The notes under the pieces are model-generated. The model had not been told where the DNA came from. It did not search any database and saw only the letters and a program-made list of their open reading frames with translations. The translations under genes were made by a program, and so were the position numbers. A stretch of DNA of 64,000 nucleotides from Candidatus Heimdallarchaeota archaeon (GTDB lineage: Archaea > Asgardarchaeota > Heimdallarchaeia > Heimdallarchaeales > Heimdallarchaeaceae), in NCBI GenBank assembly GCA_019057375.1, contig DXJF01000011.1, positions 64,001 through 128,000 on the forward strand, written 5' to 3'. This document shows, piece after piece, positions 9,634-19,858 of the stretch (position 1 is the stretch's first letter; every line of letters starts with the position of its first letter).

Positions 9634-12093
9634 CTATGATAATTTTAACCAGAATTCAAAATCATCTAAAACTTTGATGTGTTTGTCTCCTACGATTACA
9701 TCTGCAAGAATTTCCAAAGGAATTTCCTCGTTATGTCCTTGGCTTTTAGCTTGAATTATATTCAGAGTGAAATCCCAATCATATGACCTTTTATTATCTA
9801 ATAACAGTTTCTTGATCTCCTTTAAACCTTTTATTCTAATCTCATCGTCATTTTCATGAGCATAAAGATAGAAGTAGTACTCTAATTCAATCGATTCTTT
9901 AAATCTTGATTTTTCTATGTACTTCATAGCTTTATCTAGGTATTCAAACCCTTCTTCCCTTCCTTGAGAAAGAAGTAAAGATGCATAATTAATCAAGTTA
10001 TTTGCATTTTCAGAATCTATCTCATTTGCTTTGTTAAAATACTTCTCAGACATTTCAAGATTCTTGAAATCATGATACATTAGCACTGCAAGTTGTCCCC
10101 AAATCTCTGCATTCTTAGGTTCAATTTTTATTGCTTTCTTCAAATGGGATTCAGCCTTTTTATAATCATTATAAATCTTAGACACGAAATATGAATAATT
10201 ATAATGACCAAATGCATTGTTTGAATCTAACTCAAGTGCCTTCTTATACATCTTTTCTGATTCTGAATAGCGTTTCACTCTTTTCTGCAGGAATATAGCA
10301 TAATAAACATAGTACGTAGAATTTTCTGGAGATTTCTCAATTGCCTCTTTTAGGTATCTCTCCGCTTTTTTATAATCTCCTAATTTCTCTGAATAAAAAT
10401 ATCCTATATCTAGAATATATTCAGCATTTTCAGGATTCAAAACTAGTGCTTGATTATAATATGAATTAGCTTTTTTGATATCCTCTCTTGAATAAGCTAG
10501 AAACCTTGCATAATTTAAAACTCCACGTGAATAATTAGGATTTGTATCAATTGTTTTTTCAAAATACTCCTCCGCTAGATTATAGTTTTTCCGAATTTTT
10601 TCTTGAAATAAAGCATAACCTTCTAAAATTGTTGGCATATTAGGAGATATTTCTAAGGCTCGTTTGTAATACTCTTCAGCCTTTTTATAGTTTTCATCAT
10701 CCTTGACAATTTCCCATAAAAAGCCTGCGTAATTACTTAGGTTTGCAGAACTGTGTGGGTTCAATTCCAATGCTAATTTGTAGAATTCTTCTGCTAATGT
10801 GTGATTCCCCACTATTCTATGCAGGAAACTTGCATAATTTACTACTAAAGCTGGAAATTTTGGGGCAACAGATAGTGCTCTTTTGTATATTTTCTTTGCC
10901 TTTTCGATGTTTAATGTAGACTGTAGGAAGAAAGCATAATTAGTTAAAAGATTGATATTATTTCCAAAGATTTTCAGACCACTTTCATAAATGTCAATGG
11001 CTTTATCAGGATTCTTCCATTTCCATTCGGCAGCCTTCAACTCAACGTATTTCCAAGCTAGTAATTCTTCGCTTAGTTCAGATAAAGCAAACGAAAAAGC
11101 TACTGAAAATTTCTTTTGTTCCTTCGGATTTTTTTGTTCAATATCTTTTGGTATCTCTCCTAATCGTTCATAAAATTGATTAATAAGTCCTTCAATTCTT
11201 TCTTTGTCTGGAAGTTTCAAAGAAAATTCCTTTAGAATCAATAGCATTAGTTCATCAAAATCTCTATGCTGTATCCATACACCATCCCTATCTTTAATCC
11301 AATTACCTAGTTTGGTGTTTGGAAACTCATTTCCTATCCAATAAACTCCCCATGGAAGAGCGCTTTCGGGGAGTTTTGAAAGAATTTCGGCTATGCTCCC
11401 GTCATTTCCACCATATCCCATGAATATAAGTCCTGTATCAGAAAGAACCTTTTGAATAGCTACTTTAGTGTTTTTTGCAAGAGTCTTAGTTTCAATTTCT
11501 GTATTTTTTGGCTCAAGTCTAGCATCACCATGAAGTTTAATGACTAAAGGTTTCACCCTCGAAGATCTTACAAAACCTGCTAAAGTGTCATGCACAATTA
11601 CAAGTGGTTTTTTATTTGTGTATAGATATAATGCATCTGCAATTAAATCATCAAAATTGACAGTCAAAGCTACATTACAATGCTTTCCATATTTTTCATC
11701 TGACATTAAACAAGAAAGGACACCATAACCAAATCCTGGATCTTTTTTATCAATTATGTTCTCAATTTCCTTTTGCCTTTCTTCAGGTTTATGAAATAAT
11801 AATTGAATTATTTTACCATAAAATAAAGCTGCTTGAGAGTCATCATAATTTGGGAGAATCTCTTTGATATTTTGAAGAGAATAATCTGCATCTTTTCCTT
11901 TTCTCTGCCTAATTAATCGAAAGAGCCATCTTTTTGCGAGTTCTCCTGCTGTTGGAATACCTGAAGAAACAGAACACCCCGCTCCAAGAAAGAACACATA
12001 TTTGCATTCTTCATAATTATCCATATTGTATTTGATTTTTCTTATGAATTCTTCAATATCCATCTTTTTTATTTCTATATTTGCTCCTTCCAT
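9634..12093 (-). CDS. SIR2-domain + TPR-repeat protein (probable defence NADase)
   Basis: FLGAGCSVSSGIPT, TVNFDDLI, KLHGD, FMGYGGND; about 10 TPR-like repeats (..YKKALELDSNNA..). Confidence 0.85.
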   Translation of the reverse strand: MEGANIEIKKMDIEEFIRKIKYNMDNYEECKYVFFLGAGCSVSSGIPTAGELAKRWLFRLIRQRKGKDADYSLQNIKEILPNYDDSQAALFYGKIIQLLFHKPEERQKEIENIIDKKDPGFGYGVLSCLMSDEKYGKHCNVALTVNFDDLIADALYLYTNKKPLVIVHDTLAGFVRSSRVKPLVIKLHGDARLEPKNTEIETKTLAKNTKVAIQKVLSDTGLIFMGYGGNDGSIAEILSKLPESALPWGVYWIGNEFPNTKLGNWIKDRDGVWIQHRDFDELMLLILKEFSLKLPDKERIEGLINQFYERLGEIPKDIEQKNPKEQKKFSVAFSFALSELSEELLAWKYVELKAAEWKWKNPDKAIDIYESGLKIFGNNINLLTNYAFFLQSTLNIEKAKKIYKRALSVAPKFPALVVNYASFLHRIVGNHTLAEEFYKLALELNPHSSANLSNYAGFLWEIVKDDENYKKAEEYYKRALEISPNMPTILEGYALFQEKIRKNYNLAEEYFEKTIDTNPNYSRGVLNYARFLAYSREDIKKANSYYNQALVLNPENAEYILDIGYFYSEKLGDYKKAERYLKEAIEKSPENSTYYVYYAIFLQKRVKRYSESEKMYKKALELDSNNAFGHYNYSYFVSKIYNDYKKAESHLKKAIKIEPKNAEIWGQLAVLMYHDFKNLEMSEKYFNKANEIDSENANNLINYASLLLSQGREEGFEYLDKAMKYIEKSRFKESIELEYYFYLYAHENDDEIRIKGLKEIKKLLLDNKRSYDWDFTLNIIQAKSQGHNEEIPLEILADVIVGDKHIKVLDDFEFWLKLS

Positions 12094-12140
12094 TAATAAC
12101 AGATATTAATTTTCAGCTATATAAATCTGTGATAATACTA

Positions 12141-14858
12141 TTAGAGATGTTTTATTGAATCTTCATTTATTTCTCTTTTACATTTGGGACAAATAGTTTT
12201 AACTTTCATCCATTCTTGAAGATGATTGTTATGAAACGTATGACCACAATCTATTATGTAGACTAAATTTTCTTCTGCTACCATGTAATTCAAACATATT
12301 TCACACTTTCTTGTTTTCTTTCCACAGTTTAAACAAATAAGTGGTCCTCCATCCTTTACTCTTTCAAGCAAAGCATCGCAGAAGTAACAGAATAACTTTT
12401 CATCTTGCTTCTTAATATTGCCAACAGTGCTTTTCTCTTCAGTGATTTTTACCTCTTTCTTAGGATTTTCTTGTAGTCTACTCTGTTTAATTTTTCTGAG
12501 TACTACTCCTTGATTTGTGAAAAACTCTGCAAGTGAAGGTTTGCTCTGTTCCTTTTTCTGCTTTCCAAATCTCATATATCCTATAAACAATATGAAAAAT
12601 AATCCAGAAACAATAACTGACCACGGAAATAGCTTTCCAGAATTATTCTTCTTCAGATAGCTGAATAACAACCATCCAGATATAAAGAAAACATATTTTG
12701 CATATCTGAAAAGGAACTTGTTTTTACTATGAAGATCTTTGTAGAAGGTATTTGTAGAAGAGTTGACTACTACTGAAAACCAAAAGAAAGTAGAAGCAAA
12801 TAGTATGGTTGTAAAAACATTGAACGAGATTTTACCCAAGATAACAAATTCAAACCCAGTATTATCACTGTTAGCTATTGAAACTAATCTCCCAAGAATC
12901 AGAAAGAATCCCACGTTCTTCAGGATTACAAAAACAGCTGCTAATCCCAGTAATACTTTTCTCATGTTACCTAAAATACTGAAATTGAAGAAACGCTCTG
13001 TTTTAATATATCCTCCATTGAATTGAAGTTCGTATTCTTCATCATCAAGTTTTACTTTAGCATTCCTGTTTGTTTCTTTGTTTTTCTTTTCTAAATGTCT
13101 TACTAAAACAATTAATGCTATTGCATCTAGAATGAGACTAATGCTCATTAGAGTTGGTAATGAAGGTTTGAAAGGTTTTGAGTCACTGCTTGGGTTAGGA
13201 AGTTCAAAGGGGTTCGTCGGTGTGACAACTTCTTCAGAAGTAGCTGCGAGTCTGTAGCTAAGCTCCCCTATTGTAACCGATAAACCTTCACCATAGATTG
13301 ATAATATTATTTCTATTTCTTGATAACCTTGGTTAATTTCTATGATTACTCTATCATTGATCGTTTGTTTATCATTGAATGATTGAAAGAAAACCTGATT
13401 ATCGTTTATCTTAATTCGCAGATTGAATTGATCAACAGAAGAGTAAAATTCGTTGTATAAATTCAAGGAGAAAGAAAGATTGAAGGTAGTTGAAGAAGAA
13501 TCAAAATAGAAAACATCTGTGAATTTAACTGTTAAAGGTCCTGTAATTGATGTTTCATAAGTTTTTGAGGAGACCATCGTTTTTTCTAGAGTGCTATTTT
13601 CATCAAGTATAGGAACGGGCTCTATTTCAATAGTACTGGTATTGAGTAGGTAAAAAATACCCTCTCCTGTTGCTATTCCATAAACCCGAAAAGCAATATT
13701 AGAGGAGTAATTTACAGTGTAGGTATCAATAATACTTTCAGGATAGCTGAAATGAATAGCCCCTGAATAGATGACATCGGAATCCGAAAGAATTTCATAA
13801 TTTAAAATAGGTAAGATTGCTGAACCTATATAATCATAATATAACGAAATGAACAAATTCTGTTCACTAATGCTAGAAAAAGGTTTTAGTGATGATAAAT
13901 CAAAGGAATGGTCTACTGAAGGGCCATCGCAGGAAAACCAATCAAAAGATTCTTCTGGAATTTCGTCTTCGAGAAGTTGGAGTTCTCCAAACAAAGCTAT
14001 ATTAGTAAACCATATCTCATCTACACCTAGGTTAACACAGAAATAGAAACGGATTATGTTCGTCCCCTGCTCTAACGGAATAGAAAAAGAGACAATAACA
14101 AAAGGAACTTTAGAAAAACTTGTAGTAGCGATGATTGTGTTATTTATTTCTACTTCTAAATATCGAGAAAGGGCACTAAAGGAATTTGTATTAAAAGAAA
14201 GAGTTACGTTTAAAGTGGTGGAACCATTGATTGAATAAACTGCTGTTTCAACATAATCACTTCTGACACCTGAAAGATCTCCATAATAGCCTATTTGACC
14301 AGGATTACAAGGAAGGGAGGTTAAATTCTTATCAAGAACAGGAATTGTAATTGGTTCTATTGTTGATGAACTTAATATTTGAATAGCGCCAGAATTAAGG
14401 ATATTCGAAGTTTTACCTTCACATGAAATAACAATAATCATTGAACCGATGAAGTTTTGAGGATAAGAAAATGATTTAGAAATAGAGTGTTCATTAGAAT
14501 CCTGATAAATACGGTTAATGTTAATTTCTACTTCAGTAGTGTCCAAATACAAAATAATCGTTAATCCATTTGAGTCAGTCCTATCACCAGAAAAGAGAAA
14601 AAATATAGTTAAACTATTATATTCTTGAAGTTCAAGATTGACTAGTTCAAAAGTAAAATTTTGTTTTACAGAAGTTGAGTCATAAGAATACAGTATATTT
14701 TCATCTATTATAGTAGAGCTATAAATAGAAGGGGGATTAGGAACGTTATTTTGATTTCTTGCAATAGCTAAAGAACTAGTAAAACAAAAGAGTGTTAACA
14801 CTAATAACATGTTTCTAGTTGTGTTTTTCATTATCAGTTTTATAATCCGAAAATTCAT
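12141..14858 (-). CDS. membrane protein: signal peptide, ~550 aa ectodomain, TM bundle, Zn ribbon and C-terminal RING-H2-like domain
   Basis: CEIC...CGHTFHNNH...W...CPKC at C-terminus; FCYFC..CLNC; hydrophobic segments. Confidence 0.8.
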   Translation of the reverse strand: MNFRIIKLIMKNTTRNMLLVLTLFCFTSSLAIARNQNNVPNPPSIYSSTIIDENILYSYDSTSVKQNFTFELVNLELQEYNSLTIFFLFSGDRTDSNGLTIILYLDTTEVEININRIYQDSNEHSISKSFSYPQNFIGSMIIVISCEGKTSNILNSGAIQILSSSTIEPITIPVLDKNLTSLPCNPGQIGYYGDLSGVRSDYVETAVYSINGSTTLNVTLSFNTNSFSALSRYLEVEINNTIIATTSFSKVPFVIVSFSIPLEQGTNIIRFYFCVNLGVDEIWFTNIALFGELQLLEDEIPEESFDWFSCDGPSVDHSFDLSSLKPFSSISEQNLFISLYYDYIGSAILPILNYEILSDSDVIYSGAIHFSYPESIIDTYTVNYSSNIAFRVYGIATGEGIFYLLNTSTIEIEPVPILDENSTLEKTMVSSKTYETSITGPLTVKFTDVFYFDSSSTTFNLSFSLNLYNEFYSSVDQFNLRIKINDNQVFFQSFNDKQTINDRVIIEINQGYQEIEIILSIYGEGLSVTIGELSYRLAATSEEVVTPTNPFELPNPSSDSKPFKPSLPTLMSISLILDAIALIVLVRHLEKKNKETNRNAKVKLDDEEYELQFNGGYIKTERFFNFSILGNMRKVLLGLAAVFVILKNVGFFLILGRLVSIANSDNTGFEFVILGKISFNVFTTILFASTFFWFSVVVNSSTNTFYKDLHSKNKFLFRYAKYVFFISGWLLFSYLKKNNSGKLFPWSVIVSGLFFILFIGYMRFGKQKKEQSKPSLAEFFTNQGVVLRKIKQSRLQENPKKEVKITEEKSTVGNIKKQDEKLFCYFCDALLERVKDGGPLICLNCGKKTRKCEICLNYMVAEENLVYIIDCGHTFHNNHLQEWMKVKTICPKCKREINEDSIKHL

Positions 14859-14941
14859 TTATAAACTGAGTAAAACCATATTTACTATATCTGAATCTTG
14901 TTGGGTTTAAATAGATATTTTGCATTTCATTATTGAGATAG

Positions 14942-15112
14942 ATGTTCGTAATTACATTCCTTAAGTCTTTAAGATCAAAGAAAAAAGGGGGACCTATTCT
15001 AGAAGAGATTCTACTTATTGGTATAGCAGTTCTTGTCTTTGCAATAATCTTTGCACTAATTTTTAGCTTAATAGATTGGTCTACATCTCCTTTTGAAGAA
15101 CTTTTCAAGTGA
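14942..15112 (+). CDS. short class III signal peptide (Flp/type IV pilin-like) protein, 56 aa, not in ORF track
   Basis: MFVITFLKSLRSKKKG|GPILEEILLIGIAVLVFAIIFALIFSLIDWSTSPFEELFK: basic leader, G cleavage site, E at +5, long hydrophobic helix. Confidence 0.75.
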   Translation: MFVITFLKSLRSKKKGGPILEEILLIGIAVLVFAIIFALIFSLIDWSTSPFEELFK

Positions 15113-15210
15113 AGAGTTTTTTCTTTCAATTTCAAGAAACTTAGACTTTTAGTGGGTTTATAAGGGGAATTACTATATTTTCTTTGAAGCTAGCAATACG
15201 CAAGATAACA

Positions 15211-15308
15211 TTTTAGTCGATGAACCTCTTTCTATAGCTAGCTTCAATATTTTTCTTAACAAGAATTTTTATTGTAAACCAAAATTAGCTGACAATAACT
15301 CTCCTAGA
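15211..15308. repeat. native 23S 3' trailer including processing-stem 3' arm (15285-15309); duplicated at 4977-5074
   Basis: 15285-15309 is a perfect 25-bp inverted repeat of 18935-18959. Confidence 0.9.
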
Positions 15309-15671
15309 ATCTGACGAACCAATTTCCATTTTTCCTAACTACGCTTGAGCAATTAGTGATTGTGGGCTAAACATCTCGCCGAAGCTCGACGCGTACACCC
15401 CAATTCTATCAACCGGATCTTCTTTCCGCGCTCTCATCTATATCGAAGGTTACTGTCACCAGTCCCCTTATAGTGATACAGAGTGGGTGACTCGTTTCGA
15501 GAGTAGCTTCGAGCGTTGATGCATTCCGCTCTTATCTACGAGGGCTTAGCTACCCGGCGATACCCTTTAGGATAACCGGTACACCAGAGGCCCCAGCCGC
15601 CTGTTCCTCTCGTACTGTGGAGACTTTACTCTCAATCACCCGCCAGCACCATCAGATAGAATCCAACCTGT

Positions 15672-15826
15672 TTTGCGTGAATTTAAGCCCGAGTATTGAT
15701 CTTCGATAGAAGGGATTTCCCGTAAGGGGGGTTTACAACTATCAAAGACTTTTACATACTTGGATGAAGTTCAATTGAAGTATTACTACTATACTTCTAC
15801 AGAACTCCACTATAGCTTAAATCCAT
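15672..15826 (-). other. 155-nt BHB-type intron in 23S, near E. coli position 2599/2600
   Basis: Interrupts GUGAG|ACAGG; terminal stem uggauuuaagcu/ggcuuaaauuca, bulges AGA and AAA around helix UGUG/CGCA; cleavage after the 2nd bulge nt restores the exon. Confidence 0.85.
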
Positions 15827-15975
15827 CTCACAACGGTCTAAACCCAGCTCACGTTCCCTTTTAATGGGCGAACAACCCCACTCTTGGCGGCTGAATCACC
15901 ACCAAGCTAGGAAGAGCCGACATCGAGGTAGCAAGCCGTGAGGTCGATGTGAACTCTTACCCACGACAACTCCGT

Positions 15976-16364
15976 TCAGGGCTGCGCTTGCGCTATGCGC
16001 ACATCGGCTTTAAGGATCAGTTGTCACCTGGTATAACGACATAGGCAGTTACATAATCCTTAACCTTATCTTCATGTCCTCACGCTTATTTTTGGCTCTC
16101 CATCTTTCGTGTTTATTTAGGGATTTATCTATTCTAAATGGATTTGTGACAGAAATTAGATTCACTCTGCTCAAGTTTTGTAGCCTTTTAATGGCGAAAA
16201 CTTTCGTTTCCTCACGTGGAAGAAAGACTGAAGCTATAATTAAATTCACTCAATTTTACTTTTCTGCCTCGGAAAAGATGGACTTTATCAATAAGCGTTA
16301 CAGACAGAGAGCACTCTTTGTGATAAACAATCACTTCTTCGTGATAAACACTCAGAAGCGCAGT
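15976..16364 (-). other. 389-nt BHB-type intron in 23S, near E. coli position 2450/2451
   Basis: Interrupts GGGGUA|ACGG; stem cugcgcuu/aagcgcag, bulge UAA, helix GGGG/CCCU, bulge GAA. Confidence 0.85.
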
Positions 16365-18934
16365 TACCCCTGGAGTAACTTTTCTGCCACCTCCGCCGCC
16401 TACTAATGGCACTGCGAAGGATCGCTAGGCCCTGCGTTAACATCTGCGAACTGTATTGGTGAGTTCACAGTCAACCGAGCTTTTGCCCTTGCACTCTTCA
16501 CCGGATTTCTGTCCCGGTTGAGCTCGGCTTTGGGCCCTCTTGATATCTTTTCAAGAGGCTACCGCCCCAGTGAAACTGCCAGGCAGGGGGTGTCCCCCTC
16601 GCAAGAGGTAAGTCGTACCAATGCGCAAGGTCAGTATTTCAAGTTCGACTCCCCTACATCCCGGAGAATGTAGGATCAGCATCTCCTGACTATGCTATGC
16701 ATGCACACCAATACAACAGCCCCTGACAGCAGTAAAGCTTCACAGGGTCTTCTCTTCCCGATGGTGCGCTCCAGACTGTTCGCTGGACTGTGGGTTCAGT
16801 AGGCTTCGGGTGGAGACAGTGGGCACCTCGTTGGTCCCTTCATGGACGTCTGTAATTAGCAGACAAGGCATTTGCCTACCTTAAGAAGCTCATAGTTAGC
16901 TCCGGCGTTTACTGGGTCTTAGCCTGGTTGAACCCAGGTTTCAATCACCAGCACCGGCCAGGATTCACTAACTGTACTAAGGCTTTCGCCCTTGCAGTTA
17001 GCTATGTTTTTATTAAACAGTCGGGTGCCCCTAGTCACTGCGACCTGGTAAGGCATACACCTTCCCAGGCATCCCTTATACCCAAGGTACGGGACTAATT
17101 TGCCGATTTCCTTCACCCGAGCTCCCCTAACACGCTTTAGCCTTCTAAGCTAGCCACACCTGTGTCGGTTCTGGGTACGGTCACGCGTAATCGTTCTCTT
17201 TGCTTTTTCATGGGCTGTTGGGGTTGATGGCAGCCAGCAACCTATGGCCGGCCTCTTCATCTATTCTTCTGGTTCTCACCTTAACGGTTCTTCCCAGAAT
17301 TCTATAATTTAACTAGGATATGCTCCTAGGCCACCTACCCACCAGCGTTAGCTCAGAGCTTGCGTCGCCGCGTCTATACGCGTGGTACAGGAATATGAAC
17401 CTGTTTCCCTTTCGAACGACTCGTTTTAAGATCGTCCTTAGGACCGACTAACCCTTGGCTGACGAACAGTGCCAAGGAACCCTTGGGCTTTCAGCGATGA
17501 GGATTCTCACCTCACTATGCTCCTACTACCACCGAGATCTGCAAATCTAATCGGTCCACTGGGAATCACTCCCCAGCTTCTGCCCAACCAGATCGCCCCC
17601 CTACCTGAGACTCTTGCGGAGTCCAAATGGGTATCGGGACCCGGTTTAGCCCCGTCCATTTTCTGAGCCCAACAACTCGATGAGTAAGCTGTTACGCTTT
17701 TTTTAACGGATAGCTGCCTCTAAGCTTACCGCCTCATTGTCTTAGTCGTTGGACGTCATTCTGTTTAACATTTAACCGGGATTTAGGGCCCTTAACCCAT
17801 TGTAGGGTTGTTCCCCTTTCGGCCATATCCCTTGCGGATACGCGCCCGTCTGTCGCCTTCTACAGCGCTTGCAAGTTCGGAGTTGGAAGGGAGGGTGAGG
17901 ATTTCACTCCCCAGAACCTCCCGTCCGTAGCTCTACCTCACAAGCCGCCTTCAGCGACGCTATCCTGTGGTGATACTTCGGGGGGAACCAGCTATCAGCA
18001 GTTTAGATTGGTCTTTTGCCACTATCCCCAACTCAGAGGAATGAATTGCATATCAATAACCCTTCAGGCCTCCACGCTCCTTTCGAAGCGCTTCACCTTG
18101 GTCAGGGATAGATCAACTGCTTTCGGGTCTTACACCTGTGACTTCACGCCCTTATCGGACGTCGCGCCTTGCCGAAGCTGCGCGCTGGTCGCTTTCGCTA
18201 CGCCACCGTATTAACTTAGGCTTGCCACAGACATAAACTCCTCGGCCCGTGTTTCAAGACGGAACGGATAACTCTGGTCCTCTCAGCTCGTACTACCACC
18301 TCACGATGGGTTCCTTCACCGAGACTCTACCCTTTCAAGCCATCCACGTCTGTTACCATGTAGTTTCAGGGACTTTTCACTCTCGTATTTCGAATACTTT
18401 TCAACTTTCACTCACGTTACTAGTGCGCTATCGGTCTAGGGGAGTATTTAGGCTTGGGAGTTAGTCCTCCCATATTTGCGCGACAAATCCAAGCCACGCT
18501 AGTCTTGATACTACTAAGCCGAGCGCTTACGTTTACGGGGTTATTACCCTCTATGACGCCCCTTTCCAGGGGCCTTCAACTTCACGCTTTCGGTCTATGT
18601 TGTAGTCAAAACACCACATCTACCTTAATTTTTCAAAAAAGGAATTCGGTTTGGCCTGTTCCGGTTTTACTCGCCGTTACTACCGGAATCACAATTGTTT
18701 TCTTTTCCTGCAGGTACTTGAATGTTTTGGTTCCCTGCGTTCCCCGCCATTACTGGCTGTTACAGTTTATTAGACTGTAACCGGAAATCCGATTCGGGAA
18801 TCTGTGGATCGTAGACTGTCTGCGTCTTCCCACAGCGTTTCGCCGCTTACCGCGCCCTTCATCGGCTCCCTAGCCGAGTCATCCACTACATGGCGTATGC
18901 ATAGTGTAGGTTACTCTAGAAATCAGTTTTCGCC

Positions 18935-18959
18935 TTCTAGGAGAGTTATTGTCAGCTAA
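18935..18959 (-). promoter_or_regulatory. 23S processing-stem 5' arm with BHB-like junction
   Basis: Perfect complement of 15285-15309, continuing inward as ggcg/cguc with bulges. Confidence 0.85.
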
Positions 18960-19226
18960 CTAAACGTAATCGTTTAGGGATTATCATAAATCCTGGAGGT
19001 GATAAACACGCAAACTATTGCGCGAGTAGGGTTTTTATTCCCTTTGTTTATAATTGTTCCGTTTTTGAACATAATCGCAATCTTTCTGATCGCGTTCCTA
19101 CCCGTTAAGGTAAGATACAACAGATAAGCAAACATCGATAGATATTCACATTATCAACAAAATGAGCTATAGATAAAAAGGTATTGTTTTAAGATAAAAT
19201 TTCCTTAAAGCTACGGAAGATTTTTA

Positions 19227-19670
19227 GTGCTTGAGAACGACTCTTATTTGAGTTACATGAACCTTGATGAACATCTCTCCGAACTTAAACAACGTGCTGA
19301 AGAATCAAGTGTCAATGCTTTTGCTCCTTACAGTGATTTTATTATTGGTGCAGCTTTGCTAATGAAGAGTGGTAACATCTATACTGGATGTAATGTTGAG
19401 TTCTCAGATTATCTTGCTCTTCATGCTGAAGTTAATGCTATAGGGACAGCTATCAACAGTGGTGAAAATGATATTCAAGCTGTAGTAGTTTTTTCAAAAA
19501 GTTCACCACCTGTTCTACCTTGTGGATCATGTAGACAAAAATTATCTGAGTTCGCTCAGTTGAATAACCACGATATACAAGTGATTGCTTTTAACGATAA
19601 ACAAGAGCAAATAGAGTTCTTACTAAGTGAACTTTTACCAGGAGCTAAGATACAAGTAAATAAAAAATAA
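19227..19670 (+). CDS. cdd: cytidine deaminase
   Basis: HAEVNAI and PCGSCRQ Zn motifs; YSDFIIGAALL. Confidence 0.9.
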   Translation: MLENDSYLSYMNLDEHLSELKQRAEESSVNAFAPYSDFIIGAALLMKSGNIYTGCNVEFSDYLALHAEVNAIGTAINSGENDIQAVVVFSKSSPPVLPCGSCRQKLSEFAQLNNHDIQVIAFNDKQEQIEFLLSELLPGAKIQVNKK

Positions 19671-19675
19671 CTTAC

Positions 19676-19858
19676 CTATTCAATTATTTCGTAGTACATA
19701 CAAGAGCCACATAACCAGAATTTCTTAATTTCAGTTAAATTATAATCATCAGGAAGATAGTTCTCTCTTTTGATCATTAATGCCCCACATTTTGGACATT
19801 CTTTTTGTTCATCACTCATAGACTTATCACATTCATCTAAACTTCTATACAAATGCAC
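19676..19858 (-). CDS. small Zn-ribbon protein
   Basis: CPKCG...CGSC; likely start at MSDEQ. Confidence 0.5.
   Translation of the reverse strand: MHLYRSLDECDKSMSDEQKECPKCGALMIKRENYLPDDYNLTEIKKFWLCGSCMYYEIIE

Larger units (their letters stand above)
15334..18910 (-). rRNA. rrl: 23S rRNA containing two introns (about 3030 nt spliced); ends approximate
   Basis: Conserved LSU motifs (agagccgacatcgagg, ctaccttaag, aaacccagctcacg); 5'/3' ends pair in helix 1. Confidence 0.97.

Noticed and set aside
14815-15135. 106-aa minus-strand ORF
   Set aside because: Antisense to the much more convincing pilin-like ORF
15100-15333. 5S rRNA or spacer tRNA linked to the rRNA genes
   Set aside because: No 5S-like or tRNA-like sequence found next to either rRNA gene
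16005-16075. Box C/D-like guide (AUGAAGA...CUGA) in the 389-nt intron pairing with the 3' exon
   Set aside because: Only about 7 bp including wobble pairs, and boxes are degenerate; too weak
16049-16412. Short ORFs inside the 389-nt intron as a homing endonuclease
   Set aside because: No LAGLIDADG, HNH or GIY-YIG motif visible; at most an unrecognisable remnant
16919-18780. ORFs inside 23S (and 30410-30802 inside 16S)
   Set aside because: Spurious frames in GC-rich rRNA
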